NCBI GenBank assembly: GCA_964016885.1
Contig: OZ024740.1
Span: 40,672,001 to 40,736,000, forward strand
Length of the DNA stretch: 64,000 bases
DNA from: Eledone cirrhosa
Lineage: Eukaryota
Direction of reading: 5' to 3'
In this document: positions 1 through 12,769 of the stretch, piece after piece
How the letters are laid out: each line of letters starts with the position of its first letter
Position numbering within the stretch: the first letter of the stretch is position 1
The notes under the pieces: generated by a model
Databases searched by the model: none
Told to the model about the DNA's origin: nothing
What the model saw: the letters and a program-made list of their open reading frames with translations, nothing else
Made by a program: the position numbers and the translations under genes

Positions 1-74
1 AAAATTGTTTATCATTTTACATTCCATGTTCAAGTTATACTGACATTCACTAAAGTTGGAAAACAGTTTCATAC

Positions 75-1707
75 CAGCACAATTTCAATCTTTCTGCCTT
101 GAATCCACATCATTTCTCTAAACACTTTCCATTTTCAGTACCTAAACCTTTTCTGTGAAACAAATAGAGCATGTTTTCCGAAACACTACAAACTAGTTGA
201 AAGGAAAGAATTCTTTCTTACACTACAATATTCAAATATATTATTTCAACAACAAACCTACATGTATAATATAATACATATCAAGAGTCATTCTATACAG
301 ATAATATCTATACTACAATGAGACACAAAATGTTTATGTTATAATTACAGAAGCATGTTATTTTAAGATGAAAATGTTTAATCTGAAACTAATTTACATC
401 AATGAAAAATAGAAATTCACAATCACAGAATCAAAATTTATCATACATATTAATCATGCAAGAAATGTGAAGTAAAAAAAAAATTAATTCACTAAAACAA
501 ATATTTAGCTTATCTTTGTTGGCTTTCATGTATTTTGTGTTATATTGTTGATCACATCTGTCAAGAAACAAAATAGAGAGAAACACACACACACACACAT
601 ACATATATATATTTTAAACATTCTTATAATGAATGTGAATTATATCTAAAATGTTAAGAATTATAACTTTCAAGTAGAAAACTGAAAAACACTTACAGGA
701 AACTTTCAAACTACTCCAATTCCTTAAATGAGAATAATTTAGGAGAAAAACAATCTTATAACCTACATACGTAGAAAAGAATTAGGAAATTTGTTTTTTT
801 CACATATCTATCAAGGACATTATATAAAATATTTACTTTAACACACCAAAAGACCAATAGTTAATAGAGAAGAAGGAAAAACATCTTAGCTTAGTGAACG
901 GTTCTATCTGATCTCCTGTATGTCATCTTTACATCTGCTAATGATAGAAACTTACATACATAGCCAGAAAATAATAATATACTTAGAAGTCAATAATTTC
1001 ACTGTTATATTGATATTATATATTATTTGGCATTCTGTATGTATTAGTTATTCACACATACTAATAGAAAAGAATTGATCATACCGCACAATTTCAATGC
1101 TTCTATCTTCAATCCATTGGATCTTGAAAAACTGCCATTATTATTGCCTAAATATTTTGGGTAAAACAAAGCATGTTTTCCTAAGCACTGCATCTTATAT
1201 ATCAACTGATAAGTAAAACTTGCTACTTACAGAGTAATATTCACCTTAGTTTTGTATGCTGGAATTAAAGTGTTTACAAAACAAGCCAAAATTGATGATG
1301 TGCAACACATGACAACTACTAATTTGTCTTGTTAATTATATATATTACCATACCAACATTCTCATTACAGTGATATTATCAAAATCTTGAAACATAAGAA
1401 AATGCTATATACTAAATTGAAATTTCATTTCATTGTCTGAGTAAAATATTCAATTTACAGAAAATTAACCTCAGAAGTTAAGAATAAAAAATTAAAAGAT
1501 TTTATTATCTTACTGATAGTTGTATTTTCCTTTAATGTCGATCACATCTGCCAATAAATGAAACACAGAAACACACACACAAACTCATTTTTAACACAAA
1601 GTTAAGCTAGGAAACACTTGTGAGAAATATATTCAAATCTAAAGAATTATGGTTTTTATGTAGAAATTAGAATACACTTACATTAATTTTTCCAACTAGT
1701 CCAATAC
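75..1707 (-). ncRNA. Repeated cassette of putative non-coding microexons (unit 1: 1707-1682, 1547-1514, 1258-1231, 1147-1085, 722-697, 257-222, 141-75); repeated in later units
   Basis: Minus-strand junctions: catttaag|26 nt|gtaagt; ttggcag|34|gtaaga; ttccag|28|gtaagt; tttag|63|gtatga; catttaag|26|gtaagt; tgtag|36|gtaaga; tttag|67|gtatga. Splice dinucleotides sit at homologous positions in both diverged monomers. Joined exons contain stops in all frames. No expression data. Confidence 0.5.
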
Positions 1708-1787
1708 CTTAAATGAATCAGTTGTAGAGACAAAAAAAAATATCCATAACCTTTACAGTTATGTATTGACAATATATTCTGTATTTA

Positions 1788-2129
1788 TGGAGGCACATGG
1801 CTTAGTGGTTAGAGCATTGGCCTTGCAATCGAAAGGTTGTGAGTTCAATTCTCAGACCGGGTGATGTGTTGTTTCCTTGAGCAAGACACTTTATTTCACA
1901 TTGCTCCAGTTTACTCAGCTGTAGAAATGAGATGATAGGGACTGGGGTCCCTATCATTCCACTGCAAAGTGGTCGTGGAGGTGCCACGGCAAAAAGCACC
2001 CAGCACTCACTGTAAATGAGGTTGGTGTTAGGAAGGGCATCCAGCTGTAGAAATCAAGCCAGAATCAGTTTCCGTCCCACCCTTGCAAGCAGAGAAAAGT
2101 GGACGTTAATTGAAATGATGATGATGATG
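1788..2129 (+). mobile_element. tRNA-derived CORE-SINE with RTE-type 3' tail, 342 bp, TSD ATTTA
   Basis: A box TGGCTTAGTGG (1798) and B-box-like GAGTTCAATTC (1841). CORE-like TGTTTCCTTGAGCAAGACACTTTATTTCACATTGCTCCAGTTTACTCAGCTGTAGAAATG. (GAT)n tail. ATTTA at 1783-1787 and 2130-2134. Empty site TGTATTTACTAAACG visible at ~8520. Confidence 0.93.
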
Positions 2130-5100
2130 ATTTACTAAACGATTACAAAACTATGGTTTAAATATTCCTTAAACTATCAATTTAACATTACAAAAGACCA
2201 ACAGAAAATAGAAATGAAGATGTCTTATCTGATGGAAATATTCTACTTTGCCCTTTTCATGTCAGCATTATATCTGCCAAGGATAAAAAATTACACAAAC
2301 ACACACACATATGCAGTCAAAAAGGCTACATCAATTTTAATGCACAGAAAAGCAATTTCATGTTATATTAAAATTGTTTATCATTTTACATTCCATGTTC
2401 AAGTTATACTGACATTCACTAAAGTTGGAAAACAGTTTCATACCAGCACAATTTCAATCTTTCTGCCTTGAATCCACATCATTTCTCTAAACACTTTCCA
2501 TTTTCAGTACCTAAACCTTTTCTGTGAAACAAATAGAGCATGTTTTCCGAAACACTACAAACTAGTTGAAAGGAAAGAATTCTTTCTTACACTACAATAT
2601 TCAAATATATTATTTCAATAACAAACCTACATGTATAATATAATACATATCAAGAGTCATTCTATACAGATAATATCTATACTACAAAGAGACACAAAAT
2701 GTTTATGTTATAATTACAGAAGCATGTTATTTTAAGATGAAAATGTTTAATCTGAAACTAATTTACATCAATGAAAAATAGAAATTCACAATCACAGAAT
2801 CAAAATTTATCATACATATTAATCATGCAAGAAATGTGAAGTAAAAAAAAAATTAATTCACTAAAACAAATATTTAGCTTATCTTTGTTGGCTTTCATGT
2901 ATTTTGTGTTATATTGTTGATCACATCTGTCAAGAAACAAAATAGAGAGAAACACACACACACACACATACATATATATATTTTAAACATTCTTATAATG
3001 AATGTGAATTATATCTAAAATGTTAAGAATTATAACTTTCAAGTAGAAAACTGAAAAACACTTACAGGAAACTTTCAAACTACTCCAATTCCTTAAATGA
3101 GAATAATTTAGGAGAAAAACAATCTTATAACCTACATACGTAGAAAAGAATTAGGAAATTTGTTTTTTTCACATATCTATCAAGGACATTATATAAAATA
3201 TTTACTTTAACACACCAAAAGACCAATAGTTAATAGAGAGGAAGGAAAAACATCTTAGCTTAGTGAACGGTTCTATCTGATCTCCTGTATGTCATCTTTA
3301 CATCTGCTAATGATAGAAACTTACATACATAGCCAGAAAATAATAATATACTTAGAAGTCAATAATTTCACTGTTATATTGATATTATATATTATTTGGC
3401 ATTCACACATACTAATAGAAAAGAATTGATCATACCGCACAATTTCAATGCTTCTATCTTCAATCCATTGGATCTTGAAAAACTGCCATTATTATTGCCT
3501 AAATATTTTGGGTAAAACAAAGCATGTTTTCCTAAGCACTGCATCTTATATATCAACTGATAAGTAAAACTTGCTACTTACAGAGTAATATTCACCTTAG
3601 TTTTGTATGCTGGAATTAAAGTGTTTACAAAACAAGCCAAAATTGATGATGTGCAACACATGACAACTACTAATTTGTCTTGTTAATTATATATATTACC
3701 ATACCAACATTCTCATTACAGTGATATTATCAAAATCTTGAAACATAAGAAAATGCTATATACTAAATTGAAATTTCATTTCATTGTGTGAGTAAAATAT
3801 TCAATTTACAGAAAATTAACCTCAGAAGTTAAGAATAAAAAATTAAAAGATTTTATTATCTTACTGATAGTTGTATTTTCCTTTAATGTCGATCACATCT
3901 GCCAATAAATGAAACACAGAAACACACACACAAACTCATTTTTAACACAAAGTTAAGCTAGGAAACACTTGTGAGAAATATATTCAAATCTAAAGAATTA
4001 TGGTTTTTATGTAGAAATTAGAATACACTTACATTAATTTTTCCAACTAGTCCAATACCTTAAATGAATCAGTTGTAGAGACAAAAAAAAATATCCATAA
4101 TCTTTACAGTTATGTATTGACAATATATTCAGTATTTACTAAACGATTACAAAACTATGGTTTAAATATTCCTTAAACTATCAATTTAACATTTCAAAAG
4201 ACCAACAGAAAATAGAAATGAAGATGTCTTATCTGATGGAAATATTCTACTTTGCCCTTTTCATGTCAGCATTATATCTGCCAAGGATAAAAAATTACAC
4301 AAACACACACACATATGCAGTCAAAAAGGCTACATCAATTTTAATGCACAGAAAAGCAATTTCATGTTATATTAAAATTGTTTATCATTTTACATTCCAT
4401 GTTCAAGTTATACTGACATTCACTAAAGTTGGAAAACAGTTTCATACCAGCACAATTTCAATCTTTCTGCCTTGAATCCACATCATTTCTCTAAACACTT
4501 TCCATTTTCAGTACCTAAACATTTTCTGTGAAACAAATAGAGCATGTTTTCCGAAACACTACAAACTAGTTGAAAGGAAAGAATTCTTTCTTACACTACA
4601 ATATTCAAATATATTATTTCAATAACAAACCTACATGTATAATATAATACATATCAAGAGTCATTCTATACAGATAATATCTATACTACAAAGAGACACA
4701 AAATGTTTATGTTATAATTACAGAAGCATGTTATTTTAAGATGAAAATGTTTAATCTGAAACTAATTTACATCAATGAAAAATAGAAATTCACAATCACA
4801 GAATCAAAATTTATCATACATATTAATCATGCAAGAAATGTGAAGTAAAAAAAAAATTAATTCACTAAAACAAATATTTAGCTTATCTTTGTTGGCTTTC
4901 ATGTATTTTGTGTTATATTGTTGATCACATCTGTCAAGAAACACAATAGAGAGAAACACACACACACACACATACATATATATATTTTAAACATTCTTAT
5001 AATGAATGTGAATTATATCTAAAATGTTAAGAATTATAACTTTCAAGTAGAAAACTGAAAAACACTTACAGGAAACTTTCAAACTACTCCAATTCCTTAA

Positions 5101-6158
5101 ATGAGAATAATTTAGGAGAAAAACAATCTTATAACCTACATACGTAGAAAAGAATTAGGAAATTTGTTTTTTTCACATATCTATCAAGGACATTATATAA
5201 AATATTTACTTTAACACACCAAAAGACCAATAGTTAATAGAGAGGAAGGAAAAACATCTTAGCTTAGTGAACGGTTCTATCTGATCTCCTGTATGTCATC
5301 TTTACATCTGCTAATGATAGAAACTTACATACATAGCCAGAAAATAATAATATACTTAGAAGTCAATAATTTCACTGTTATATTGATATTATATATTATT
5401 TGGAATTCTGTATGTATTAGTTATTCACACATACTAATAGAAAAGAATTGATCATACCGCACAATTTCAATGCTTCTATCTTCAATCCATTGGATCTTGA
5501 AAAACTGCCATTATTATTGCCTAAATATTTTGGGTAAAACAAAGCATGTTTTCCTAAGCACTGCATCTTATATATCAACTGATAAGTAAAACTTGCTACT
5601 TACAGAGTAATATTCACCTTAGTTTTGTATGCTGGAATTAAAGTGTTTACAAAACAAGCCAAAATTGATGATGTGCAACACATGACAACTACTAATTTGT
5701 CTTGTTAATTATATATATTACCATACCAACATTCTCATTACAGTGATATTATCAAAATCTTGAAACATAAGAAAATGCTATATACTAAATTGAAATTTCA
5801 TTTCATTGTCTGAGTAAAATATTCAATTTACAGAAAATTAACCTCAGAAGTTAAGAATAAAAAATTAAAAGATTTTATTATCTTACTGATAGTTGTATTT
5901 TCCTTTAATGTCGATCACATCTGCCAATAAATGAAACACAGAAACACACACACAAACTCATTTTTAACACAAAGTTAAGCTAGGAAACACGTGAGAAATA
6001 TATTCAAATCTAAAGAATTATGGTTTTTATGTAGAAATTAGAATACACTTACATTAATTTTTCCAACTAGTCCAATACCTTAAATGAATCAGTTGTAGAG
6101 ACAAAAAAAAATATCCATAACCTTTACAGTTATGTATTGACAATATATTCTGTATTTA

Positions 6159-6500
6159 TGGAGGCACATGGCTTAGTGGTTAGAGCATTGGCCTTGCAAT
6201 CGAAAGGTTGTGAGTTCAATTCTCAGACCGGGTGATGTGTTGTTTCCTTGAGCAAGACACTTTATTTCACATTGCTCCAGTTTACTCAGCTGTAGAAATG
6301 AGATGATAGGGACTGGGGTCCCTATCATTCCACTGCAAAGTGGTCGTGGAGGTGCCACGGCAAAAAGCACCCAGCACTCACTGTAAATGAGGTTGGTGTT
6401 AGGAAGGGCATCCAGCTGTAGAAATCAAGCCAGAATCAGTTTCCGTCCCACCCTTGCAAGCAGAGAAAAGTGGACGTTAATTGAAATGATGATGATGATG
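6159..6500 (+). mobile_element. Second copy of the same CORE-SINE at the homologous site, duplicated with the array
   Basis: Same sequence and TSD (ATTTA 6154-6158 and 6501-6505) as 1788-2129, offset 4371 bp. Confidence 0.93.
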
Positions 6501-9045
6501 ATTTACTAAACGATTACAAAACTATGGTTTAAATATTCCTTAAACTATCAATTTAACATTACAAAAGACCAACAGAAAATAGAAATGAAGATGTCTTATC
6601 TGATGGAAATATTCTACTTTGCCCTTTTCATGTCAGCATTATATCTGCCAAGGATAAAAAATTACACAAACACACACACATATGCAGTCAAAAAGGCTAC
6701 ATCAATTTTAATGCACAGAAAAGCAATTTCATGTTATATTAAAATTGTTTATCATTTTACATTCCATGTTCAAGTTATACTGACATTCACTAAAGTTGGA
6801 AAACAGTTTCATACCAGCACAATTTCAATCTTTCTGCCTTGAATCCACATCATTTCTCTAAACACTTTCCATTTTCAGTACCTAAACCTTTTCTGTGAAA
6901 CAAATAGAGCATGTTTTCCGAAACACTACAAACTAGTTGAAAGGAAAGAATTCTTTCTTACACTACAATATTCAAATATATTATTTCAATAACAAACCTA
7001 CATGTATAATATAATACATATCAAGAGTCATTCTATACAGATAATATCTATACTACAAAGAGACACAAAATGTTTATGTTATAATTACAGAAGCATGTTA
7101 TTTTAAGATGAAAATGTTTAATCTGAAACTAATTTACATCAATGAAAAATAGAAATTCACAATCACAGAATCAAAATTTATCATACATATTAATCATGCA
7201 AGAAATGTGAAGTAAAAAAAAAATTAATTCACTAAAACAAATATTTAGCTTATCTTTGTTGGCTTTCATGTATTTTGTGTTATATTGTTGATCACATCTG
7301 TCAAGAAACAAAATAGAGAGAAACACACACACACACACATACATATATATATTTTAAACATTCTTATAATGAATGTGAATTATATCTAAAATGTTAAGAA
7401 TTATAACTTTCAAGTAGAAAACTGAAAAACACTTACAGGAAACTTTCAAACTACTCCAATTCCTTAAATGAGAATAATTTAGGAGAAAAACAATCTTATA
7501 ACCTACATACGTAGAAAAGAATTAGGAAATTTGGTTTTTTCACATATCTATCAAGGACATTATATAAAATATTTACTTTAACACACCAAAAGACCAATAG
7601 TTAATAGAGAGGAAGGAAAAACATCTTAGCTTAGTGAACGGTTCTATCTGATCTCCTGTATGTCATCTTTACATCTGCTAATGATAGAAACTTACATACA
7701 TAGCCAGAAAATAATAATATACTTAGAAGTCAATAATTTCACTGTTATATTGATATTATATATTATTTGGCATTCTGTATGTATTAGTTATTCACACATA
7801 CTAATAGAAAAGAATTGATCATACCGCACAATTTCAATGCTTCTATCTTCAATCCATTGGATCTTGAAAAACTGCCATTATTATTGCCTAAATATTTTGG
7901 GTAAAACAAAGCATGTTTTCCTAAGCACTGCATCTTATATATCAACTGATAAGTAAAACTTGCTACTTACAGAGTAATATTCACCTTAGTTTTGTATGCT
8001 GGAATTAAAGTGTTTACAAAACAAGCCAAAATTGATGATGTGCAACACATGACAACTACTAATTTGTCTTGTTAATTATATATATTACCATACCAACATT
8101 CTCATTACAGTGATATTATCAAAATCTTGAAACATAAGAAAATGCTATATACTAAATTGAAATTTCATTTCATTGTCTGAGTAAAATATTCAATTTACAG
8201 AAAATTAACCTCAGAAGTTAAGAATAAAAAATTAAAAGATTTTATTATCTTACTGATAGTTGTATTTTCCTTTAATGTCGATCACATCTGCCAATAAATG
8301 AAACACAGAAACACACACACAAACTCATTTTTAACACAAAGTTAAGCTAGGAAACACTTGTGAGAAATATATTCAAATCTAAAGAATTATGGTTTTTATG
8401 TAGAAATTAGAATACACTTACATTAATTTTTCCAACTAGTCCAATACCTTAAATGAATCAGTTGTAGAGACAAAAAAAAATATCCATAACCTTTACAGTT
8501 ATGTATTGACAATATATTCTGTATTTACTAAACGATTACAAAACTATGGTTTAAATATTCCTTAAACTATCAATTTAACATTACAAAAGACCAACAGAAA
8601 ATAGAAATGAAGATGTCTTATCTGATGGAAATATTCTACTTTGCCCTTTTCATGTCAGCATTATATCTGCCAAGGATAAAAAATTACACAAACACACACA
8701 CATATGCAGTCAAAAAGGCTACATCAATTGTAATGCACAGAAAAGCAATTTCATGTTATATTAAAATTGTTTATCATTTTACATTCCATGTTCAAGTTAT
8801 ACTGACATTCACTAAAGTTGGAAAACAGTTTCATACCAGCACAATTTCAATCTTTCTGCCTTGAATCCACATCATTTCTCTAAACACTTTCCATTTTCAG
8901 TACCTAAACCTTTTCTGTGAAACAAATAGAGCATGTTTTCCGAAACACTACAAACTAGTTGAAAGGAAAGAATTCTTTCTTACACTACAATATTCAAATA
9001 CATTATTTCAACAACAAACCTACATGTATAATATAATACATATCA

Positions 9046-9510
9046 TGTGATGCGTATGAAGGATGACAGCTGCATAAAAAGGTGCAGAGCACTAGAAGTC
9101 GATGGAAACCGCGGAGTGGGGAGACCCAAGAAGACCTGGGATGAGGTGATAAAAGCCAACCATACCCAATTACACCTCTCAAAGTAGATGACACACGACC
9201 CTGACCTCTGGCGTCACTTAGTAATACAGAAGACCCGACCCCCTCATGGGTACATGCCAAGGGTGAAGCAAATAGACAATATGCCCCCACTGCAAGATGG
9301 TCGTGGGTGTGCCACGGCTAAAAAGCACCCAGCCCACACTGTAAAGTGGACGTGTATGCGCCACGGAAAAAAAGCACCCAGCACTCACTGTAAATGAGAT
9401 TGGTGTTAGGAAGGACATCCAGCTGTAGAAATCAAGCCAAAATCAGTTCCCGTCCCACGCTTGCAAGCAGGGAAAAAGCGGACGTAAAATTAAATGATGA
9501 TGAATGATGA
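9046..9510 (+). mobile_element. 5'-truncated RTE-clade LINE (ORF C-terminus + 3' UTR)
   Basis: Translates (H)VMRMKDDSCIKRCRALEVDGNRGVGRPKKTWDEVI...DLWRHLVIQKTR (RTE C-terminal GRPxxTW motif) with an in-frame stop; ends in an (ATG)n tail. Confidence 0.88.
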
Positions 9511-9528
9511 GTCCAATACCTTAAATAC

Positions 9529-9950
9529 TCATCGCTTAACGTCTATCTCCCACGCTAGCATGGGTTTAGACGGGAATTGTCCTACTTGAGGTAAGATTGG
9601 TCAGGTGATGATGTCTTGCTCGTATAGGATTGTCTGGCAGGTTTGCTACAGCTGGATGCCCTTCCTCACACCAACCACGTTTACAGTGTGGACTGGGAGG
9701 TTTTTACCGTTACCTACACGGCGACATTACAGCGTGGACTGTGTTTTTTGTCGCGACACCTACACGACCTCATTTATTTAGGACTTGATGTTGTGGTACA
9801 ACATAGCTTACAGAGAAAGGGGTGGTTTTGATGGGAGGAGTAGTGGGATGCGTGTGTATATTTGTTAAGAGGTGCCTACTGACTAGGTTTCGCTTTGTAC
9901 TTAGGTAAGGCGGGTCTTCTGTATTACTGCGTAGCGCCAAAGATCTTGGT
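9529..9950 (-). mobile_element. 5'-truncated RTE-clade LINE 3' end, tail-to-tail with 9046-9510
   Basis: Minus strand reads DLWRYAVIQKTRLT*, followed by a 3' UTR homologous to ~14010-14510. Confidence 0.85.
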
Positions 9951-11648
9951 GCACCTCATTTCTCAAAATACTTTCCATTTTCAGTACCTAAACCTTTTCT
10001 GTGAAACAAATAAAGCATGTTTTCCTAAACACTACAAACTAGTTGAAATGAAAGAATTCTTTCTTACGGTACAATATTCCAATGTATTATTTCAACAACA
10101 AACCTAAATGTGTAATATAACACATTATCAACTACTGATTTAATTTCCTAGTTATATTATGTCAAGCGTCATTCTATACGGATATTATCTATACTACAAT
10201 ATTAGACAAGTATTTACATTAATATGTCAGAAGCATGTTATTTTAGGATGAAAATGTTTAATATGTAATTAATTTACATCAATGAAAAACAGAAATTAAC
10301 AATGAAGGAATCAAAATTTCTCATAGATAGTCATGTTTAACATGCAAGAAATTTAAAGAAATAATAAAAATTAATTTACTCAAACAAATATTTAGTTTAT
10401 CTTTGTTGGCTTTCATGTATTTTGTGTTATATTGTTGATTATATGTCAAGAAACAAAATAGAAACACACACACACAAATTATATTTGAACCCTTCTCTGA
10501 ACCTTTTTGCATTTAAACCGATATCTGGCAAGAATTCTCTCACCTCTTGCTGTTCAAACTGGCCAATCATACTGAGAAGGTATTGTTCTCAAAATAAATA
10601 CTATAAAAATCTCAGATTCGATATTATGTGTGATAATTATGTGAGGTAAAGCCTTTCCCACAAAACTATAATAGTATATTTAGAGTATTGTAAATGCTAA
10701 AGAGTTAATCAATCAACATGTGAATTATATTTAAATGTTTAGAATTTTAACTTTTATTTAGAAAACAGAAAACACTTACATGAAACTTTCAAACTACTCC
10801 AATACCTTAAATGAGAATATTTTGGAAGAAAAAAAAATCTTGTAACCTACATTAAGAAATGTTCGATTCTAAATCTAAAACATCATTTCATGAGTGAGTA
10901 AAATATTCAATTTACAGAAAAATTGCGGAAGAGATTAAGTGAAGAAATGAAAAATTTTATTATCTTACTGATAGTTGTATTTATCTTTAATCCGAATCAC
11001 ATCTGCTAATATATAAAACACAGAAACACGCACACAAACTCATCCTAGGAAATACTTTCTAGGAAATATCTTCAAACGTTAAGAATTGTTTTTTATGTAG
11101 AAATTAAAATACACTTACATTAATTTCCCCAATTAGTGCAATACCTTAAATGAAACGGTTGTAGAGACAAAAAAAAATATCCATAACCTTTACAGTTATG
11201 TATTGACAATATATTCTGTATTTACTAAACGATTACAAAACTATGGTTTAAATATTCCTTAAACTATCAATTTAACATTTCAAAAGACCAACAGAAAATA
11301 GAAATGAAGATGTCTTATCTGATGGAAATATTCTACTTTGCCCTTTTCATGTCAGCATTATATCTGCCAAGGATAAAAAATTACACAAACACACACACAA
11401 ATGCAGTCAAAAAGGCTACATCAATTTTAATGCACAGAAAAGCAATTTCATGTTATATTAAAATTGTTTATCATTTTACATTCCATGTTCAAGTTATACT
11501 GACATTCACTAAAGTTGGAAAACAGTTTCATACCAGCACCATTTCATTCTTTCTGCCTTGAATCCACCTTACTTCTCAAAACTTTCCATTTTTAGTACCT
11601 AAACCTCTTCTGTAAAACGAAGTATGTTTTCCTAAACACTACAAACCA

Positions 11649-11796
11649 CCGTATTTGCCCCCGACGTCAAAATAAATCTCAAAAATCTACTGTGCGTCCC
11701 GGAGGCCGAAGGTTGTTTATTTTTTTGCAAATTTTTGATTGTCAAAACTAGGGTGCATCCTCGAGGACACAGTGTCTTCGGTGCTGGGAAATACAG
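11649..11796. mobile_element. ~148-bp non-autonomous DNA transposon (MITE), Tc1/mariner Tc2/pogo-like ends
   Basis: Ends CCGTATTT...AAATACAG form an imperfect TIR; subterminal GGGTGCATCC. Interrupts the array motif CAAAC-TA-GTTG, which is uninterrupted in other units. The TA TSD is degenerate (CA/TT). Confidence 0.7.
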
Positions 11797-12769
11797 TTGT
11801 TGAAATGAAAGATTTCTTACAGCAAATATATTATTTTAATAACAAATATAACTAGTAAATTAAATCAGTAGTTACTGATTTAATTTACTAGTTATATTAT
11901 ATCAACAGTCTTTTTATACAGATAATATCTATACTACAACATTATGTTGAAATTTGAGAAACATGTTATTTTATGATGAAAATGTTTGATCTGTAATTAA
12001 TTTACATGAATACAAAACAGACAGAATCAAAATTTCTGATACAGTCATGTTTAACATGCAAGAAATGCGAAGTAATGAAAAAATTAATTTACTGAAACAA
12101 ATATTTAGCTGTCATGTATTTTGTTATATTGTTGATCATATCCGTCAATAAATCAAATAGAGAGAAACACTCACACACATATCTTAAACATTCTCTTAAT
12201 GTTAATTGTATCTAAATGTTTAGAATTATAACTTTCATGTAGAAAACTGAAAACATGATCACTCCAGCAAAATTTTAATCCATCCTACAAAAGATTGCCA
12301 TTATTATTACCTAAATCCTTTTAATAAAACAAAGCATGTTTTCCTAAACACTGTATCTTATAAATCAACAGTTAAGATGTGCTTCTTACAGTGTAATATC
12401 TAGTTTTGTTTTGTACACTGTAATGAATGTGCTTCCAAAACAAGCCAAAAGCATGTAGAGAATAAAAATGACATTTCATGACTACAATAATTTACTGGCA
12501 CTTAGTAAACATTAATTACAAATAATTTCTTGAATTATATATTGCCAGCGCTATCAACTATATTTGTGATATTGACCACCTAGTGCTATTCTTACTGTTG
12601 CATCTTCCAATATGGGCTCATCAAATGTGTGCACATAACAGACAAAAATATTCATTTCAGCATTGCTTCAACAAATGGCAACCGTCCTAAACTTGGTGCC
12701 ACTAAAATATTTTAGTACACTCTAAAATGCTAAACATTTAATCCCAAACATTAATTCAGGAGAGCCCTT

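Larger units (their letters stand above)
1..12450. repeat. Tandem array of ~2.02-kb units (macrosatellite-like); each unit is a dimer of diverged ~1-kb monomers; continues past the left edge
   Basis: Anchor AAAATTGTTTATCATTTTAC recurs at 1, 2370, 4374, 6741, 8763 and 11460 (spacings 2369, 2004, 2367, 2022, 2697). The first four units are nearly identical; 9950-12450 is diverged and rearranged. Internal homology at ~1-kb offset: AGCATGTTTTCC 168/1170, GATCACATCTG 550/1540, ACACTTACA ~689/~1674. Confidence 0.97.

Noticed and set aside
1291-1440. Box C/D snoRNA (TTGATGA...CTGA) in the array
   Set aside because: Boxes are ~145 nt apart with no terminal stem, absent from the paralogous monomer, and on the opposite strand to the splice signals.
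697-1707. Protein-coding micro-exon or LRR gene
   Set aside because: Exon lengths 26/34/28/67 break frame and every frame has stops in at least one homolog; only the 63-nt and 36-nt exons are 3n and open.
1788-1860. tRNA gene
   Set aside because: It is the tRNA-derived head of a SINE: no proper acceptor stem, and followed by CORE domain, LINE tail and TSD.
2214-2471. Repeated 85-aa ORF (also 4218, 6585, 8607, 11304) as a tandem gene family
   Set aside because: Identity simply reflects the DNA repeat. It spans a (CA)n tract, has no recognisable domain, and is not preserved in the paralogous monomer.
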